From Patescibacteria group bacterium (GTDB taxonomy: Bacteria; Patescibacteriota; Saccharimonadia; CAILAD01; BJGX01): a DNA stretch of 64,000 bases. Of the stretch, positions 26,053 to 35,789 are shown one piece after another (the first letter of the stretch is position 1; each line of letters opens with the position of its first letter). Location of the stretch: positions 2,568-66,567 of the forward strand of contig JAUPVL010000018.1 in the NCBI GenBank assembly GCA_030917065.1. The letters are read 5' to 3'. The notes beneath the pieces are model-generated. The model did not search any database, had not been told where the DNA came from, and saw only the letters and a program-made list of their open reading frames with translations. Made by a program: the position numbers and the translations under genes.

Positions 26053-28323
26053 CTATTTCTTGGTTTTTTTGGTCTTTTCTTTTAGCATCTTGGTGGCAGC
26101 TTTAACATCAATCTTTTTTGGATCAATATCTTTTGGAATTTTAACATTTGTTTTGCCATCAGTAATGTATGGCCCAAATCGCCCGTTCAACACCTGTATA
26201 TTGACGTCTTCAAAATTTGCTATCACCTTCTCTTTATCTGCTTTTTTCTTCTCATCAATGAGTTCTAATGCCTTTTTAGGAGTAATACTAAAAGGATCCT
26301 CATCTTTGATAGATACAAACTTATCACCGTACTTCACATATGGTCCAAATCTACCGATGTTTGTTGTGACTTCTTCCCCGTCTGCTGTTTTGCCGAGGTC
26401 TCTGGGTAATTTAAACATTTCAAGAGCTTGCTCTAAAGTGACGTTATCAATGGTAGAACCCTCTGGTAAAGGTGCGAATTTTGGCTTTTGCTCGTCTTCA
26501 GCCTGTCCAATTTGTATCATTCCGCCATATCGACCGAGTCGCGCTATGACTGGTTTACCGCTCTTAGGGTCTTTGCCTATTTCTCTAGCTTGACTAGCAT
26601 CTTGTCGACTAATGTCTTCAGAAGCCAAAACGAGCTTGTGAAAAGGCTTATAGAACTCGGATATCATACTGTTCCATTTCATCTTGCCTTCTGCTATCTT
26701 GTCGAATTCTTCCTCGGCCCTTACGGTAAATTTATAATCGACAATATCGGGAAAATACTTTACTAAAAAATCAGTGACTATCTTACCAGTATCTGTTGGG
26801 AATAGTTTATTTTTTTCTACACCGAAGTTTTCTTGCTCTGTCTCTGACGATATTTTGTTGTTAACAAGATTGATAATATCAACATCTCTTGGAGCACCTT
26901 CTCTACTCGCCTTTTCCACATATTCTCTATACTGGATAGTAGATATGGTTGGCGCATATGTACTAGGTCTTCCTATACCTTCAGATTCCAACTTTTTCAC
27001 CAGGCTAGCTTCAGTGTATCTCGCAGGTGGCTTATCAAACACACTTCTGGCAGAGACTCTGGTGTTTTCAATCTTTTGCCCCACATTTAATGGTGGCAGT
27101 ATAGTGTCGTCCGTCATCTTGCCGTACACTTTCAAGAAACCGTCAAAAACAATTATTTCACCTTTGGCTACGAACTTAGCATCATTTTTGTTATTTTGGA
27201 TAATCACTGTAGTCCTCTCGGTCTTGGCTTCGCTCATCTGGGAAGCTAATGCCCGAGCTCTTATGAGTTGATATAGCTTCTGTTCTCTCGAATCACTACT
27301 ACCCTTTTCGCTGGAAAAATCAGTAGGCCTGATGGCTTCGTGAGCTTCTTGGGCGCCTGCAGATTTTGTTTTGAAATGCCTTGTTTTTAAGTACTGCTCG
27401 CCATAGTTCGATAGAATGGTTTTTTCGGCTTGAGCAATAGCCGTGCTTGAGAGGTTGAGAGAATCAGTGCGCATATAGGTGATCTTACCTGCTTCATAGA
27501 GTTTTTGGGCTACAACCATAGTTTGGCGGACTGAAAAACCAAGCTTATTACTAGCTACCTGTTGCAGGGTAGATGTTGTAAATGGTGGCGGTGGTGATTT
27601 CTTACCGTCTTTTTTCTCTAGTGAGCCAACACTATATTCTGCACTTATTAGACTTTCCAAAAATTCTTGAGCATCTTTTTTTGTTGCTAGTTTATCTTTG
27701 AGCTCAGCTATTAGTAGCCCATCTTTTTTAAGATCGAATTCTGCAACTACTTTGTAGCTAGATTTAGCAACAAATGCTTCAATCTCTCTTTCACGCTCCA
27801 CAATGATTCTCACAGCGACAGACTGTACCCTACCTGCACTTAAGCCTCGACGGATTTTCTTCATTAGCACTGGGCTGAGTTCATATCCAACTAGCCTATC
27901 TAATACCCTACGGGCTTGTTGGGCATTTACAAGATTGATATCAACTTTTCTAGGGTTGTTCACAGCATCAAGCAAAGCTTGTTTGGTTATCTCATGAAAT
28001 ACAATTCTTTTGGTTGTGCCGGGGTCTAGCTTGAGCGCCTGACATAGGTGCCAGCTGATAGCCTCTCCTTCACGGTCTTCATCAGTTGCAAGTAGCACAG
28101 TCTTGCCTTTGACGGCTTTTCTAAGTGCTGCAATCGTCTTTTTCGAGTCTACAGGTATCTCATAGGTTGGTTCAAAATTCTTTTCTACATCGATATTTAG
28201 ACCACTTTTGGGTAAATCTCTGATATGACCATAGCTCGAAAGCACTTGGTAATCTGATCCCAGATATTTCTCAATGGTCTTGGCTTTTGCCGGTGATTCT
28301 ACAATAAGTAAGTTTTTTGCCAT
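26053..28323 (-). CDS. topA: DNA topoisomerase I
   Basis: N-terminal Toprim MAKNLLIVESPAKAKTIEKYLG…YGHIRDL, topo IA core, C-terminal repeat region. Confidence 0.9.
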   Translation of the reverse strand: MAKNLLIVESPAKAKTIEKYLGSDYQVLSSYGHIRDLPKSGLNIDVEKNFEPTYEIPVDSKKTIAALRKAVKGKTVLLATDEDREGEAISWHLCQALKLDPGTTKRIVFHEITKQALLDAVNNPRKVDINLVNAQQARRVLDRLVGYELSPVLMKKIRRGLSAGRVQSVAVRIIVEREREIEAFVAKSSYKVVAEFDLKKDGLLIAELKDKLATKKDAQEFLESLISAEYSVGSLEKKDGKKSPPPPFTTSTLQQVASNKLGFSVRQTMVVAQKLYEAGKITYMRTDSLNLSSTAIAQAEKTILSNYGEQYLKTRHFKTKSAGAQEAHEAIRPTDFSSEKGSSDSREQKLYQLIRARALASQMSEAKTERTTVIIQNNKNDAKFVAKGEIIVFDGFLKVYGKMTDDTILPPLNVGQKIENTRVSARSVFDKPPARYTEASLVKKLESEGIGRPSTYAPTISTIQYREYVEKASREGAPRDVDIINLVNNKISSETEQENFGVEKNKLFPTDTGKIVTDFLVKYFPDIVDYKFTVRAEEEFDKIAEGKMKWNSMISEFYKPFHKLVLASEDISRQDASQAREIGKDPKSGKPVIARLGRYGGMIQIGQAEDEQKPKFAPLPEGSTIDNVTLEQALEMFKLPRDLGKTADGEEVTTNIGRFGPYVKYGDKFVSIKDEDPFSITPKKALELIDEKKKADKEKVIANFEDVNIQVLNGRFGPYITDGKTNVKIPKDIDPKKIDVKAATKMLKEKTKKTKK

Positions 28324-28447
28324 ATATTTTCTAAAATGCTAACGTTATTTTTATAATAATGCAAGTTTAGTGCATAAGTTGCAAATAATAACAGTGATGC
28401 TGACGCCTTGTCAAATATTTATTAATCTATTGGAACTGATAGTCTAT

Positions 28448-29299
28448 CTAGTTTACTATCCATTGTCCCGCGCCAAGATTACGAATCTTACCTGTTATCT
28501 CCATCAGGCTCAATATATGCGCAAGCTGGGGTGCATCAAAGTTGCTATTATCTATGATAGTTTGCATGGTGTTGTGTCCTTCTTCAATCAAACCTATTAT
28601 CTGCGCTTCTTCTTGGCTAGCGGGTAAGGTTTTGGCTGTCTTTAAAGCACTGCTTTTCAGATCTAGCTCTGCAAGTACATCTGTAGCGTTTGTGACAAGC
28701 TTGGCCCCTAGTTTGATGAGATTATTTGGTCCTGCTGAACGAGGATTAGTAATATTGCCTGGCACAGCCATGACCATACGGTCATTATTAATTGCAAAAT
28801 TAGCAGTTATAAGACTACCGCTCTTGGCATCAGCCTCGGTAATGATGGTTGCAATACTTAGCCCAGCTATTATGCGATTACGAGCTGGAAAATTGAATCT
28901 TTGTGTACTCTGTCCTACTTCGTACTCACTTATTATCGCTCCGCCAGCACTCAATATAGATTTTGCAAGATTGCGATTTGCAGCTGGGTATATAGTATTT
29001 AGGGGTGTTCCTAGGACTGCCACTACCTTTCCTTTGGCATCTATGGCTGCCTTGTGCGCAATAGCATCTATACCGTATGCCAAGCCACTTACCAAGCATA
29101 TGCCGGCGCTAGCTAGGTCGTACGCTAGCCTATAAGTAATCTGTTCGCCATAACTAGATGGTCTGCGGGTGCCAACAATAGCTATCATCGGTAGATCTGG
29201 TATTTCACCCAAACAGTATAATTTCTTGGGCGGTGATGATATGGATCGCAATAACTCCGGAAAACTATTGCTTTTATATGTAATATCTTGTATATTCAT
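28448..29299 (-). CDS. dprA: DNA processing protein DprA (Smf)
   Basis: Rossmann-like DprA core IAIVGTRRPSSYGEQ…VSGLAYGIDAIAHKAA. Conserved dprA-topA linkage. Confidence 0.85.
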   Translation of the reverse strand: MNIQDITYKSNSFPELLRSISSPPKKLYCLGEIPDLPMIAIVGTRRPSSYGEQITYRLAYDLASAGICLVSGLAYGIDAIAHKAAIDAKGKVVAVLGTPLNTIYPAANRNLAKSILSAGGAIISEYEVGQSTQRFNFPARNRIIAGLSIATIITEADAKSGSLITANFAINNDRMVMAVPGNITNPRSAGPNNLIKLGAKLVTNATDVLAELDLKSSALKTAKTLPASQEEAQIIGLIEEGHNTMQTIIDNSNFDAPQLAHILSLMEITGKIRNLGAGQWIVN

Positions 29300-29355
29300 A
29301 TTCTCAGTTACTTCTGTAGAGCATAAGTGTTATATTATTAATCAGTTAAAAACTA

Positions 29356-29384
29356 TTGACAAATAAGCGTAACAGTGATACAAT
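29356..29384 (+). promoter_or_regulatory. perfect-consensus sigma-70 promoter TTGACA-N17-TACAAT (plus strand)
   Basis: ttgaca (29356-61), 17 nt, tacaat (29379-84). The minus strand reads TTGTCA-N17-AATAAT at the same place, a possible dprA promoter. Confidence 0.4.
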
Positions 29385-29390
29385 ACACGC

Positions 29391-29608
29391 GTAATTAAAA
29401 ATTCGATAGTACCCTATTAAAGGGAGTAATCTGCTAGTCGAGGTATAGTCTAAAACTCACCCTCCTTTTAGATTCTCGCTAGCAGATTACTCCCTTTCAT
29501 CACCACGGTCTAAATATTTATTTTGAGACTGACAAATCCCATGCCTTGGGGGTATGAAAGGGTGTAATAAGCAGATCTGTTCGATTCGTACGGCAGGTCT
29601 GCTTTTAT
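29391..29608 (+). ncRNA. candidate ~220-nt structured small RNA (class unassigned)
   Basis: Bounded by the promoter above and an intrinsic terminator. No ORF longer than 8 aa. Contains a 19-bp near-perfect inverted repeat aaagggagtaatctgctag(t)cgag … ctcgctagcagattactcccttt (29419-29497). Confidence 0.35.
29571..29608 (+). terminator. intrinsic terminator
   Basis: gcagatctg-(14-nt loop)-caggtctgc with one G-U wobble, followed by ttttat. Confidence 0.5.
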
Positions 29609-29674
29609 ATTACTAAGCAAATTTATATATTGCTAGCTTGTAGCGTTATTAAATTCAAAAAAAGAAGTTGCGAG

Positions 29675-30235
29675 TTACAATAGCGCTTTTGAATCTGCAG
29701 TCATGCCATCTTGTAGAGCATTTTCTATAGTGACGATAGTGTGTGAAATAATATCATTGAGCTTGTCTTGCTCTGTTTTTGAGAAATCTTGCAGTACAAA
29801 TTTATCCGCAGATATTGTTTGTAGTTCGGGATTTTTTATACCACATCTGATACGCACAAAATCTTCGCCGATATTTTCAATAATGTCTTTTAATCCATTG
29901 TGTCCGCCACTACCTCCGCCTACGCGGGTACGAATAATACCAAAATTCAAGTCCAGGTCATCTGAGACCACCCATATGTCATCATTTTCAAGCTTGTAAA
30001 AAGATTTGATTTTTTGGACTGCTTTGCCACTATCGTTCATGTAGGTTTGTGGTTTGGCTAGTACAACAGTTTGTTTATCGCGCATCGTTACGAGTAATTC
30101 ACTTTTGAGTCTTTGGTGTGATTGAAAATGCACCCCCCATGTTTCTGCTAGCTGATCTATCACCATAGAACCTAGGTTGTGGCGATTTTTTATGTACTGC
30201 TCTGTTGGATTACCAAGACCTATAATGAGTTTCAT
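29675..30235 (-). CDS. pth: peptidyl-tRNA hydrolase
   Basis: MKLIIGLGNPTEQYIKNRHNLG signature. Confidence 0.9.
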   Translation of the reverse strand: MKLIIGLGNPTEQYIKNRHNLGSMVIDQLAETWGVHFQSHQRLKSELLVTMRDKQTVVLAKPQTYMNDSGKAVQKIKSFYKLENDDIWVVSDDLDLNFGIIRTRVGGGSGGHNGLKDIIENIGEDFVRIRCGIKNPELQTISADKFVLQDFSKTEQDKLNDIISHTIVTIENALQDGMTADSKALL

Positions 30236-31599
30236 TTCTTTTTGTACCTATCTCTGTTACCTTCTTTGTATTTGCTCTTGTATTCTATTGTAACGGGTAC
30301 TCCATTTAGATCAAACTTGTCACGTAGTTGGTTTTCTAAAAACCTTGTGTAGCTCCAGTGCATGTATTCTGGGTGAGTAGCAAAGATCGTAAACTTCGGA
30401 GGCATGTTGCCAGTTTGAGTAATGTAGTTCACCTTGGGGTGTTTTGTCTTTACAGCACTAGGTGGATTAATGGCGTTTGCGTCTTCCAAAAAACGGTTGA
30501 GCTCAGGTGTCTTAATAGTCAGATCTAGCTTGCTATATACTTCGGCTATGAGTTGATTGAGTTTAGTAATATTTTGTTTGTGTTTGGCGCTTGTAAGTAT
30601 TACTGGTGCCCACCATACAAATTGCATCTTTGATTTGAGTCTACGTAAAAACACATCACTTGATAATTCGTCTTTATCTATCAAATCCCATTTGGTCACA
30701 ACTATTATTAGTCCCTTGTTTGCATCTTTTATCATACCCAGTAAGTGGAGGTCTTGTGCAGTAGCAGGTTCTGTTGCATCGATGGTCATTAGGCATATGT
30801 CGGATTTCTCTATAGCTTTTTTAGTCCGAACCTTAGAGTAAAATTCTATATCTTCTCCTTTTGCAACTTTGCCCGGTCTACGTAGTCCGGCCGTATCAAT
30901 GAATGTAATCCTGGACCCATGGTATGCCAACGAATAGTCGTTGGTGTCTCGGGTGGTGCCTGGTATGTCTGATGCAATTGCCAAATCCTTGCCGGCAATG
31001 GAATTGATCAGACTAGATTTGCCTGTATTGGGACGCCCGATTATTGAGATAAATATTTCTTTATCATATTTTAGCTTGGCATTTTTTCCTTCGGGTATAT
31101 TTTTTACTATTGCGTCCAGAAGTTCTTGGCAACCTTCGCCGTGTATAGCTGAGAGCTGAAAGATAGCCTCAAAACCAAGCCGACGAAAATTTGATGTTTC
31201 CAATCCCATCGCTTGATTGTCTACCTTGTTGGCTGCCACTAACACAGGCTTGTTTGTGGCCATAATGAGTTTTGCAAGCTGATCGTCCGCCGGAGTAAGA
31301 TTAGTGGTGCCATCTACTACAAATACGACAAGGTCAGCATCTTGGATGATTTCTACTAGTTTTTGCATAGCTATTTTTGTAATAGCCGACTTAAGCTTTG
31401 TATACCCTGCGGTGTCTATTAGCTCAAATTTCTTTTCATTGTGCGTGACCGTAGCCTGATTGCTATCTCTCGTGGTATTTTCAATATCAGAAATTATCGC
31501 TCGTGCACTATGTGAAAAGCGATTGAAAAGAGTTGATTTACCAGAGTTAGGCAAGCCAATAAGAGCAACTCTCGGTATGTTTTTAGTTATTTCTTTCAT
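30232..31599 (-). CDS. der: ribosome-associated GTPase Der (EngA)
   Basis: Two G domains (GLPNSGKST and GRPNTGKSS P-loops) plus a KH-like C-terminus. 4-nt overlap with pth. Confidence 0.9.
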   Translation of the reverse strand: MKEITKNIPRVALIGLPNSGKSTLFNRFSHSARAIISDIENTTRDSNQATVTHNEKKFELIDTAGYTKLKSAITKIAMQKLVEIIQDADLVVFVVDGTTNLTPADDQLAKLIMATNKPVLVAANKVDNQAMGLETSNFRRLGFEAIFQLSAIHGEGCQELLDAIVKNIPEGKNAKLKYDKEIFISIIGRPNTGKSSLINSIAGKDLAIASDIPGTTRDTNDYSLAYHGSRITFIDTAGLRRPGKVAKGEDIEFYSKVRTKKAIEKSDICLMTIDATEPATAQDLHLLGMIKDANKGLIIVVTKWDLIDKDELSSDVFLRRLKSKMQFVWWAPVILTSAKHKQNITKLNQLIAEVYSKLDLTIKTPELNRFLEDANAINPPSAVKTKHPKVNYITQTGNMPPKFTIFATHPEYMHWSYTRFLENQLRDKFDLNGVPVTIEYKSKYKEGNRDRYKKK

Positions 31600-31606
31600 A
31601 TATGGG

Positions 31607-32521
31607 TTACTTCCAGGAGTAATTGTCGAATGTATATTTTATCATATTATTAGATTCTGTAAAGCGGTCTGGGCTATTTAGAACCAATGTGACTATCTGG
31701 TGCGAATCTTTTTCTGCCAACAACATCAGGCTCTGACCGGCCTCTTTGGTGAAGCCGGTTTTGATGCCATAAACATATGGCAGATTGAGTAATTTATTGG
31801 TAGTAGTAAGTTGATAACTTTTATCATTGGTATTTTTTATGACAGCTGACTGTGTATTTACTATTGCTTTAAAATCCGGATCTTGGATCAAGATAGTCGC
31901 AAGTACCAAAAGATCAGACGCCGAGCTCCTGTGGCTGACTTCATCAAGCCCACTTGGGTTTGAAAAATTGGAGTTGTCTAGTCCCCACTGCTCGGCATAT
32001 TTATTCATTTTAGTGCTGAAGTCAGCAATGGAGCCACTATCCCAGATAGCAAGTGCATTGGCTACGTCATTGGCGGAGTGCACCAAAAGTGCATTCATCA
32101 GACTTGATAATTTGAACTCTTCACCTGATTTAATACCAATTTTTTGATCTTCTGCATTTAGTTCAGGTAGGTTGTCTGGTATCTTTACGATCTCTTCCGG
32201 TGAATGGTTTTGCATCACAACGAGTGCAGTCATCAACTTGGTAAGAGAAGCTATAGCTACCGGATCATTCTCGGCTTTTGCATAAACTACTTTTTTGCCG
32301 GTAAGATCGTATATCAAAGCAACTTTTGCGTTTGTCTGCAATGGTATTATATTAGGTTTTTGCTCGGCAGCGGTTGTGTATTTATTGCTATCAATACTTA
32401 TTTTAGTTACTTCGTTGGGTGTATTAATCGAAGCTAAATCTTGTAATTTTGAAATGATAATATTGGTACCAAACGTTATTTCAATTATTGATAGAAGTAG
32501 TAATACAAAAGTAACAATCAT
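31607..32521 (-). CDS. D-alanyl-D-alanine carboxypeptidase (peptidase S11, PBP5/6-like)
   Basis: Signal/TM N-terminus, SLTK (SxxK), SAND (SxN), KTGFT (KTG). Confidence 0.8.
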   Translation of the reverse strand: MIVTFVLLLLSIIEITFGTNIIISKLQDLASINTPNEVTKISIDSNKYTTAAEQKPNIIPLQTNAKVALIYDLTGKKVVYAKAENDPVAIASLTKLMTALVVMQNHSPEEIVKIPDNLPELNAEDQKIGIKSGEEFKLSSLMNALLVHSANDVANALAIWDSGSIADFSTKMNKYAEQWGLDNSNFSNPSGLDEVSHRSSASDLLVLATILIQDPDFKAIVNTQSAVIKNTNDKSYQLTTTNKLLNLPYVYGIKTGFTKEAGQSLMLLAEKDSHQIVTLVLNSPDRFTESNNMIKYTFDNYSWK

Positions 32522-33210
32522 TTTGCCTCGGCTTTTGTATCAACAAATTTGTATTTCCCTGCCGGTATTGACTGTAGCTGGAAGTCCCCAAGTGATATTC
32601 TTTCCAGCTTTGTTACTTTATAGCCGAGTTGAGACAAAGTTCTTCGAATCTGCCTGTTGCGACCCTCAGTCAAAGAAAATCTTAGCTTTTGTCGAGTGAT
32701 GGTTTTTAGGTTGATAAATGTGCTTATACCATCTGGAAGAATCACGCCAGTAGATAGTCTTTTTTTGTCATTGGGCATCATTGGCTTATTTATGTCTACA
32801 ACATAGGTCTTTAACTTACCTGAGCTTGGATGAGACAATCTGTTTATCAGTTCTCCATCAGAACTCAGTATGACTAATCCTTGACTATCTTTATCTAGTC
32901 TGCCGGCAATCTTAAGAGTTTGGAACTTTTTCGGTAGTATTGAAAATATAGTAGGAACATCACCCTGTTGAGTATGTGAACATATGTACCCTTTTGGCTT
33001 ATTAAAAAGTAATGTAATATCGCTTCTATACTCGCCCCCTCTGCCGGAGATTTGAATCTGATCAGTTTTGCTCGTAAGGTCTCCAGCACTAGCTATCTTG
33101 CCATTTATAGTGACTAGCCCAGCTTCCACTATCTCATCAGCTTTTCTGCGTGACTGCGCCAGGCCGAGCTCTACTAACTCCTTGTTGATCCGTGTTTTTT
33201 TAGCTTCCAT
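32518..33210 (-). CDS. pseudouridine synthase (RsuA/RluB family) with S4 domain
   Basis: S4-like N-terminus and catalytic GRLDKDSQGLVIL. Confidence 0.8.
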   Translation of the reverse strand: MEAKKTRINKELVELGLAQSRRKADEIVEAGLVTINGKIASAGDLTSKTDQIQISGRGGEYRSDITLLFNKPKGYICSHTQQGDVPTIFSILPKKFQTLKIAGRLDKDSQGLVILSSDGELINRLSHPSSGKLKTYVVDINKPMMPNDKKRLSTGVILPDGISTFINLKTITRQKLRFSLTEGRNRQIRRTLSQLGYKVTKLERISLGDFQLQSIPAGKYKFVDTKAEAK

Positions 33211-33217
33211 AAAATAT

Positions 33218-33706
33218 CTAATCCTTTTTCGGTAATTCTTTTAATGATTGAATACCGAGTTGTTTCAAAAACAAAATTGTAGTTATGTATCTGATGTGTA
33301 TTATTCCGTCTTTTTTTTGTTTTATCTGTTCAATCAACTCTCTTTCTAGTAGCCCGCGGATACTTTGCTCACTTCCTATCCCCCTTATATATTCAATTTC
33401 ATCACGAGAAATAGGCTGTTTGTAAGCTATGATTGATAATACCTCCAAGGCTGAATTACTGAGCTGGTCGGTTTGAGATACTAGTTTTTCATTTTGTTCC
33501 GTTAAGTCTTGTGTCACTAATAGTATATATTTCTTATCTTGACCAATTAGCTCTAAGCCAAGTTCGTGGTATCTGGTTTTTAGTAATTCAAGGATTTTGA
33601 TTAAATCAGCTTCTTTAATCTTTGTGATATTTCCCATCTCTTTGAGTGTAATGCCATTAGGGTTCAAAAAAAGTACGGCCGAAACCAACCGGATTCTGTC
33701 ATTCAT
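33218..33706 (-). CDS. scpB: segregation and condensation protein B
   Basis: Winged-helix pair with the ISRDEIEYIRGI motif. Follows scpA. Confidence 0.8.
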   Translation of the reverse strand: MNDRIRLVSAVLFLNPNGITLKEMGNITKIKEADLIKILELLKTRYHELGLELIGQDKKYILLVTQDLTEQNEKLVSQTDQLSNSALEVLSIIAYKQPISRDEIEYIRGIGSEQSIRGLLERELIEQIKQKKDGIIHIRYITTILFLKQLGIQSLKELPKKD

Positions 33707-34389
33707 CTAACTACCTCAATCTCTAGTTTTTTTTCATTGACTACATGTAGCTTGTTCGATTTTATAAATTCTAAAATTATCATAAACATCAATACAGAAT
33801 CTTTATTATTACCAGCTATCTCGTTGATACTAGATACTGAGAATTTATTAAGCTCAATTAGTTTACCTACCAACTCCTCACGTCTTCTGGTATTCGATTT
33901 GCGTTTTAAAGATCCTATGCCCATTTGTTGTGGATTTACTTGAGCTTTTATCGCTTGGGTATATGAGTTTGAAATACTAGTAGGGCTAATATTTGAATAA
34001 CTCACAAGGTTGTTGTCATTTTTTAGTTTTGGTCTTGATACGAAACTGTTTTCTTGCATCAGATTGAACTGCTTAGCCAGCTGTTGATAGACTTGAAGCT
34101 CCTGTAGCTGCTCGGACAAGTCTTCCAGGATATTTTCGTCGTCTTGTAGAGATTGATCAGGCAATAGAGCCCTGGACTTTGTTAAAATAAGCTTCACAGC
34201 TATTTCTAAGAACTTATTGGCGTCGTGATGGCTTAGCTCGATATAATTGACATAACCAAGATAATCCTCAGTTATTTTTGCGATACTTACGTCGCAAATA
34301 TCTAGCTTGTTACGCTCTATCAATCTTAGCAGCAGGTCCAATGGCCCATTGAAGTTATCAAGGTTTACTATGTATACTTCTGGTTTCAT
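33703..34389 (-). CDS. scpA: segregation and condensation protein A
   Basis: N-terminal FNGPLDLLLRLIERNKLDICDVSIAKITEDYL. 4-nt overlap with scpB. Confidence 0.8.
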   Translation of the reverse strand: MKPEVYIVNLDNFNGPLDLLLRLIERNKLDICDVSIAKITEDYLGYVNYIELSHHDANKFLEIAVKLILTKSRALLPDQSLQDDENILEDLSEQLQELQVYQQLAKQFNLMQENSFVSRPKLKNDNNLVSYSNISPTSISNSYTQAIKAQVNPQQMGIGSLKRKSNTRRREELVGKLIELNKFSVSSINEIAGNNKDSVLMFMIILEFIKSNKLHVVNEKKLEIEVVR

Positions 34390-34411
34390 AAGGCAGTTCG
34401 TCTAATAACGG

Positions 34412-35731
34412 CTATGGCGCTAGTCTTTGCATGTCTCTTGGAAAAAGAGTCGCTTCTTTTACGTTGTTAAGTCCTATAATTTTTGCTGTCAATCTCTCTA
34501 GTCCTAATCCAAATCCACCGTGGTTAGGCATGCCGTACTTAAATGCATCCAGATAATATTTGAAACCCGGATGATCTGGGTCAACACCGACTAGACTTTT
34601 TAGTTGGTCTACCAAAACATCATATCTGTTTTCACGCTGTGTTATTGTTACTATTTCTACGCCTCGAAATATTAAATCGGCTCTATCGCATACCTCTGGA
34701 TTGCTGTCATTGATGTGGTGATAAAATTTCATTTCAGCTGTGGGAAATTCTGTGATATATATAGCTTCACTTCCATACTTTTTCAATGAATATTCACTTG
34801 CAAAACGTTCTTCAGCGGGTGTTGGGTCTTTTTCATTTCTTGTATCTACCTTGGTTTGTTTGTAGAATTCTTGATGTAGTTCTTTGAGGGTAATTTCAGG
34901 TATCTTCTTTGTGATTTTTGATTTTGTCGCTCGCAAGTTATTAAGTTCAGACTCATGGCTGACCCAGATATTTTCGTTTATATCCCAGATGAGTTCATTT
35001 AATAGATTTTTGACATCTGCAAACGATTCGATAAATCCCATTTCTACATCTACAGTTATATACTCACTCATATGTCTTGTCGTTGTGCTCGGTTCGGCTC
35101 GATATGTACTACCGATCTCAAAAACTCTCTCAAATACACCTACCATTATCTGTTTGTAGAATTGAGCTGACTGCGCGAGCGTAGCTTCTTTACCAAAATA
35201 ATCTAGTTTAAATACCTCTGCTCCTCCCTCTGTTGCCTCAGCTAAAAGTTTGGGACTGTGAATTGATACAAATTCCTTTGAGAGCAAGTGTGTCCTTATA
35301 ATATTTTCGATACCTGCTTGTACCTTAAATATTGCTTGTTCATGTATATTCCGTAAAGCAACTACTCTATTTTCAAACAATGTATCGAGGTGTTCGGGCT
35401 TGTGACTAATAGGCTTGTCTATCTCAATAGGCATTACGTCTGTAACAGGCAATTTTACAATTATCTTTGGATTGTGTATTTCAACTCCTGATGGAGCACG
35501 TTCATCACTAGTAACATCCCCTGTTATTTCAAGAACAGAGCCAAGTTGTAGGCCATGAAGTTTCTCTAATTCTTTCTTGTCTTCTACAAGTATTTGTACC
35601 AGACCAGACCTATCTCGGATAATTAAAAAATTCAGACTACCGAGTAGTCTTCTTTTGTATAGCCATCCACTAATGGTTTTGGTTTCTCCTGAAAATCCAG
35701 AGAGTTCTTCTACAAGAGTTCTTTTTTGCAT
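34412..35731 (-). CDS. class IIb aminoacyl-tRNA synthetase (archaeal-type AspRS or AsnRS)
   Basis: N-terminal OB anticodon-binding domain, motif 2 YRAEPSTTTRHMSEYITVDVEM, motif 3 GGFGLGLERL. Asp versus Asn specificity not resolvable by eye. Confidence 0.8.
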   Translation of the reverse strand: MQKRTLVEELSGFSGETKTISGWLYKRRLLGSLNFLIIRDRSGLVQILVEDKKELEKLHGLQLGSVLEITGDVTSDERAPSGVEIHNPKIIVKLPVTDVMPIEIDKPISHKPEHLDTLFENRVVALRNIHEQAIFKVQAGIENIIRTHLLSKEFVSIHSPKLLAEATEGGAEVFKLDYFGKEATLAQSAQFYKQIMVGVFERVFEIGSTYRAEPSTTTRHMSEYITVDVEMGFIESFADVKNLLNELIWDINENIWVSHESELNNLRATKSKITKKIPEITLKELHQEFYKQTKVDTRNEKDPTPAEERFASEYSLKKYGSEAIYITEFPTAEMKFYHHINDSNPEVCDRADLIFRGVEIVTITQRENRYDVLVDQLKSLVGVDPDHPGFKYYLDAFKYGMPNHGGFGLGLERLTAKIIGLNNVKEATLFPRDMQRLAP

Positions 35732-35789
35732 ACCCTATATTATACCAAAAAAGTTACAGATATGTTACGTAGACATGCATAAGTTTGGC

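Noticed and set aside
26060-27271. Several 90-180-aa plus-strand ORFs inside topA, and similar antisense ORFs inside mreB, glyQS, the ATPase gene and others
   Set aside because: They are shadow ORFs fully embedded in well-supported genes on the opposite strand, have low-complexity Ser/Leu-rich translations, and show no motifs.
29391-29612. Assigning the intergenic RNA to tmRNA, SRP RNA or RNase P RNA
   Set aside because: It is too short, and I found none of the diagnostic sequences (tmRNA tRNA-like ends and tag ORF, SRP domain IV GGAA-tetraloop motif, RNase P P4 sequences).
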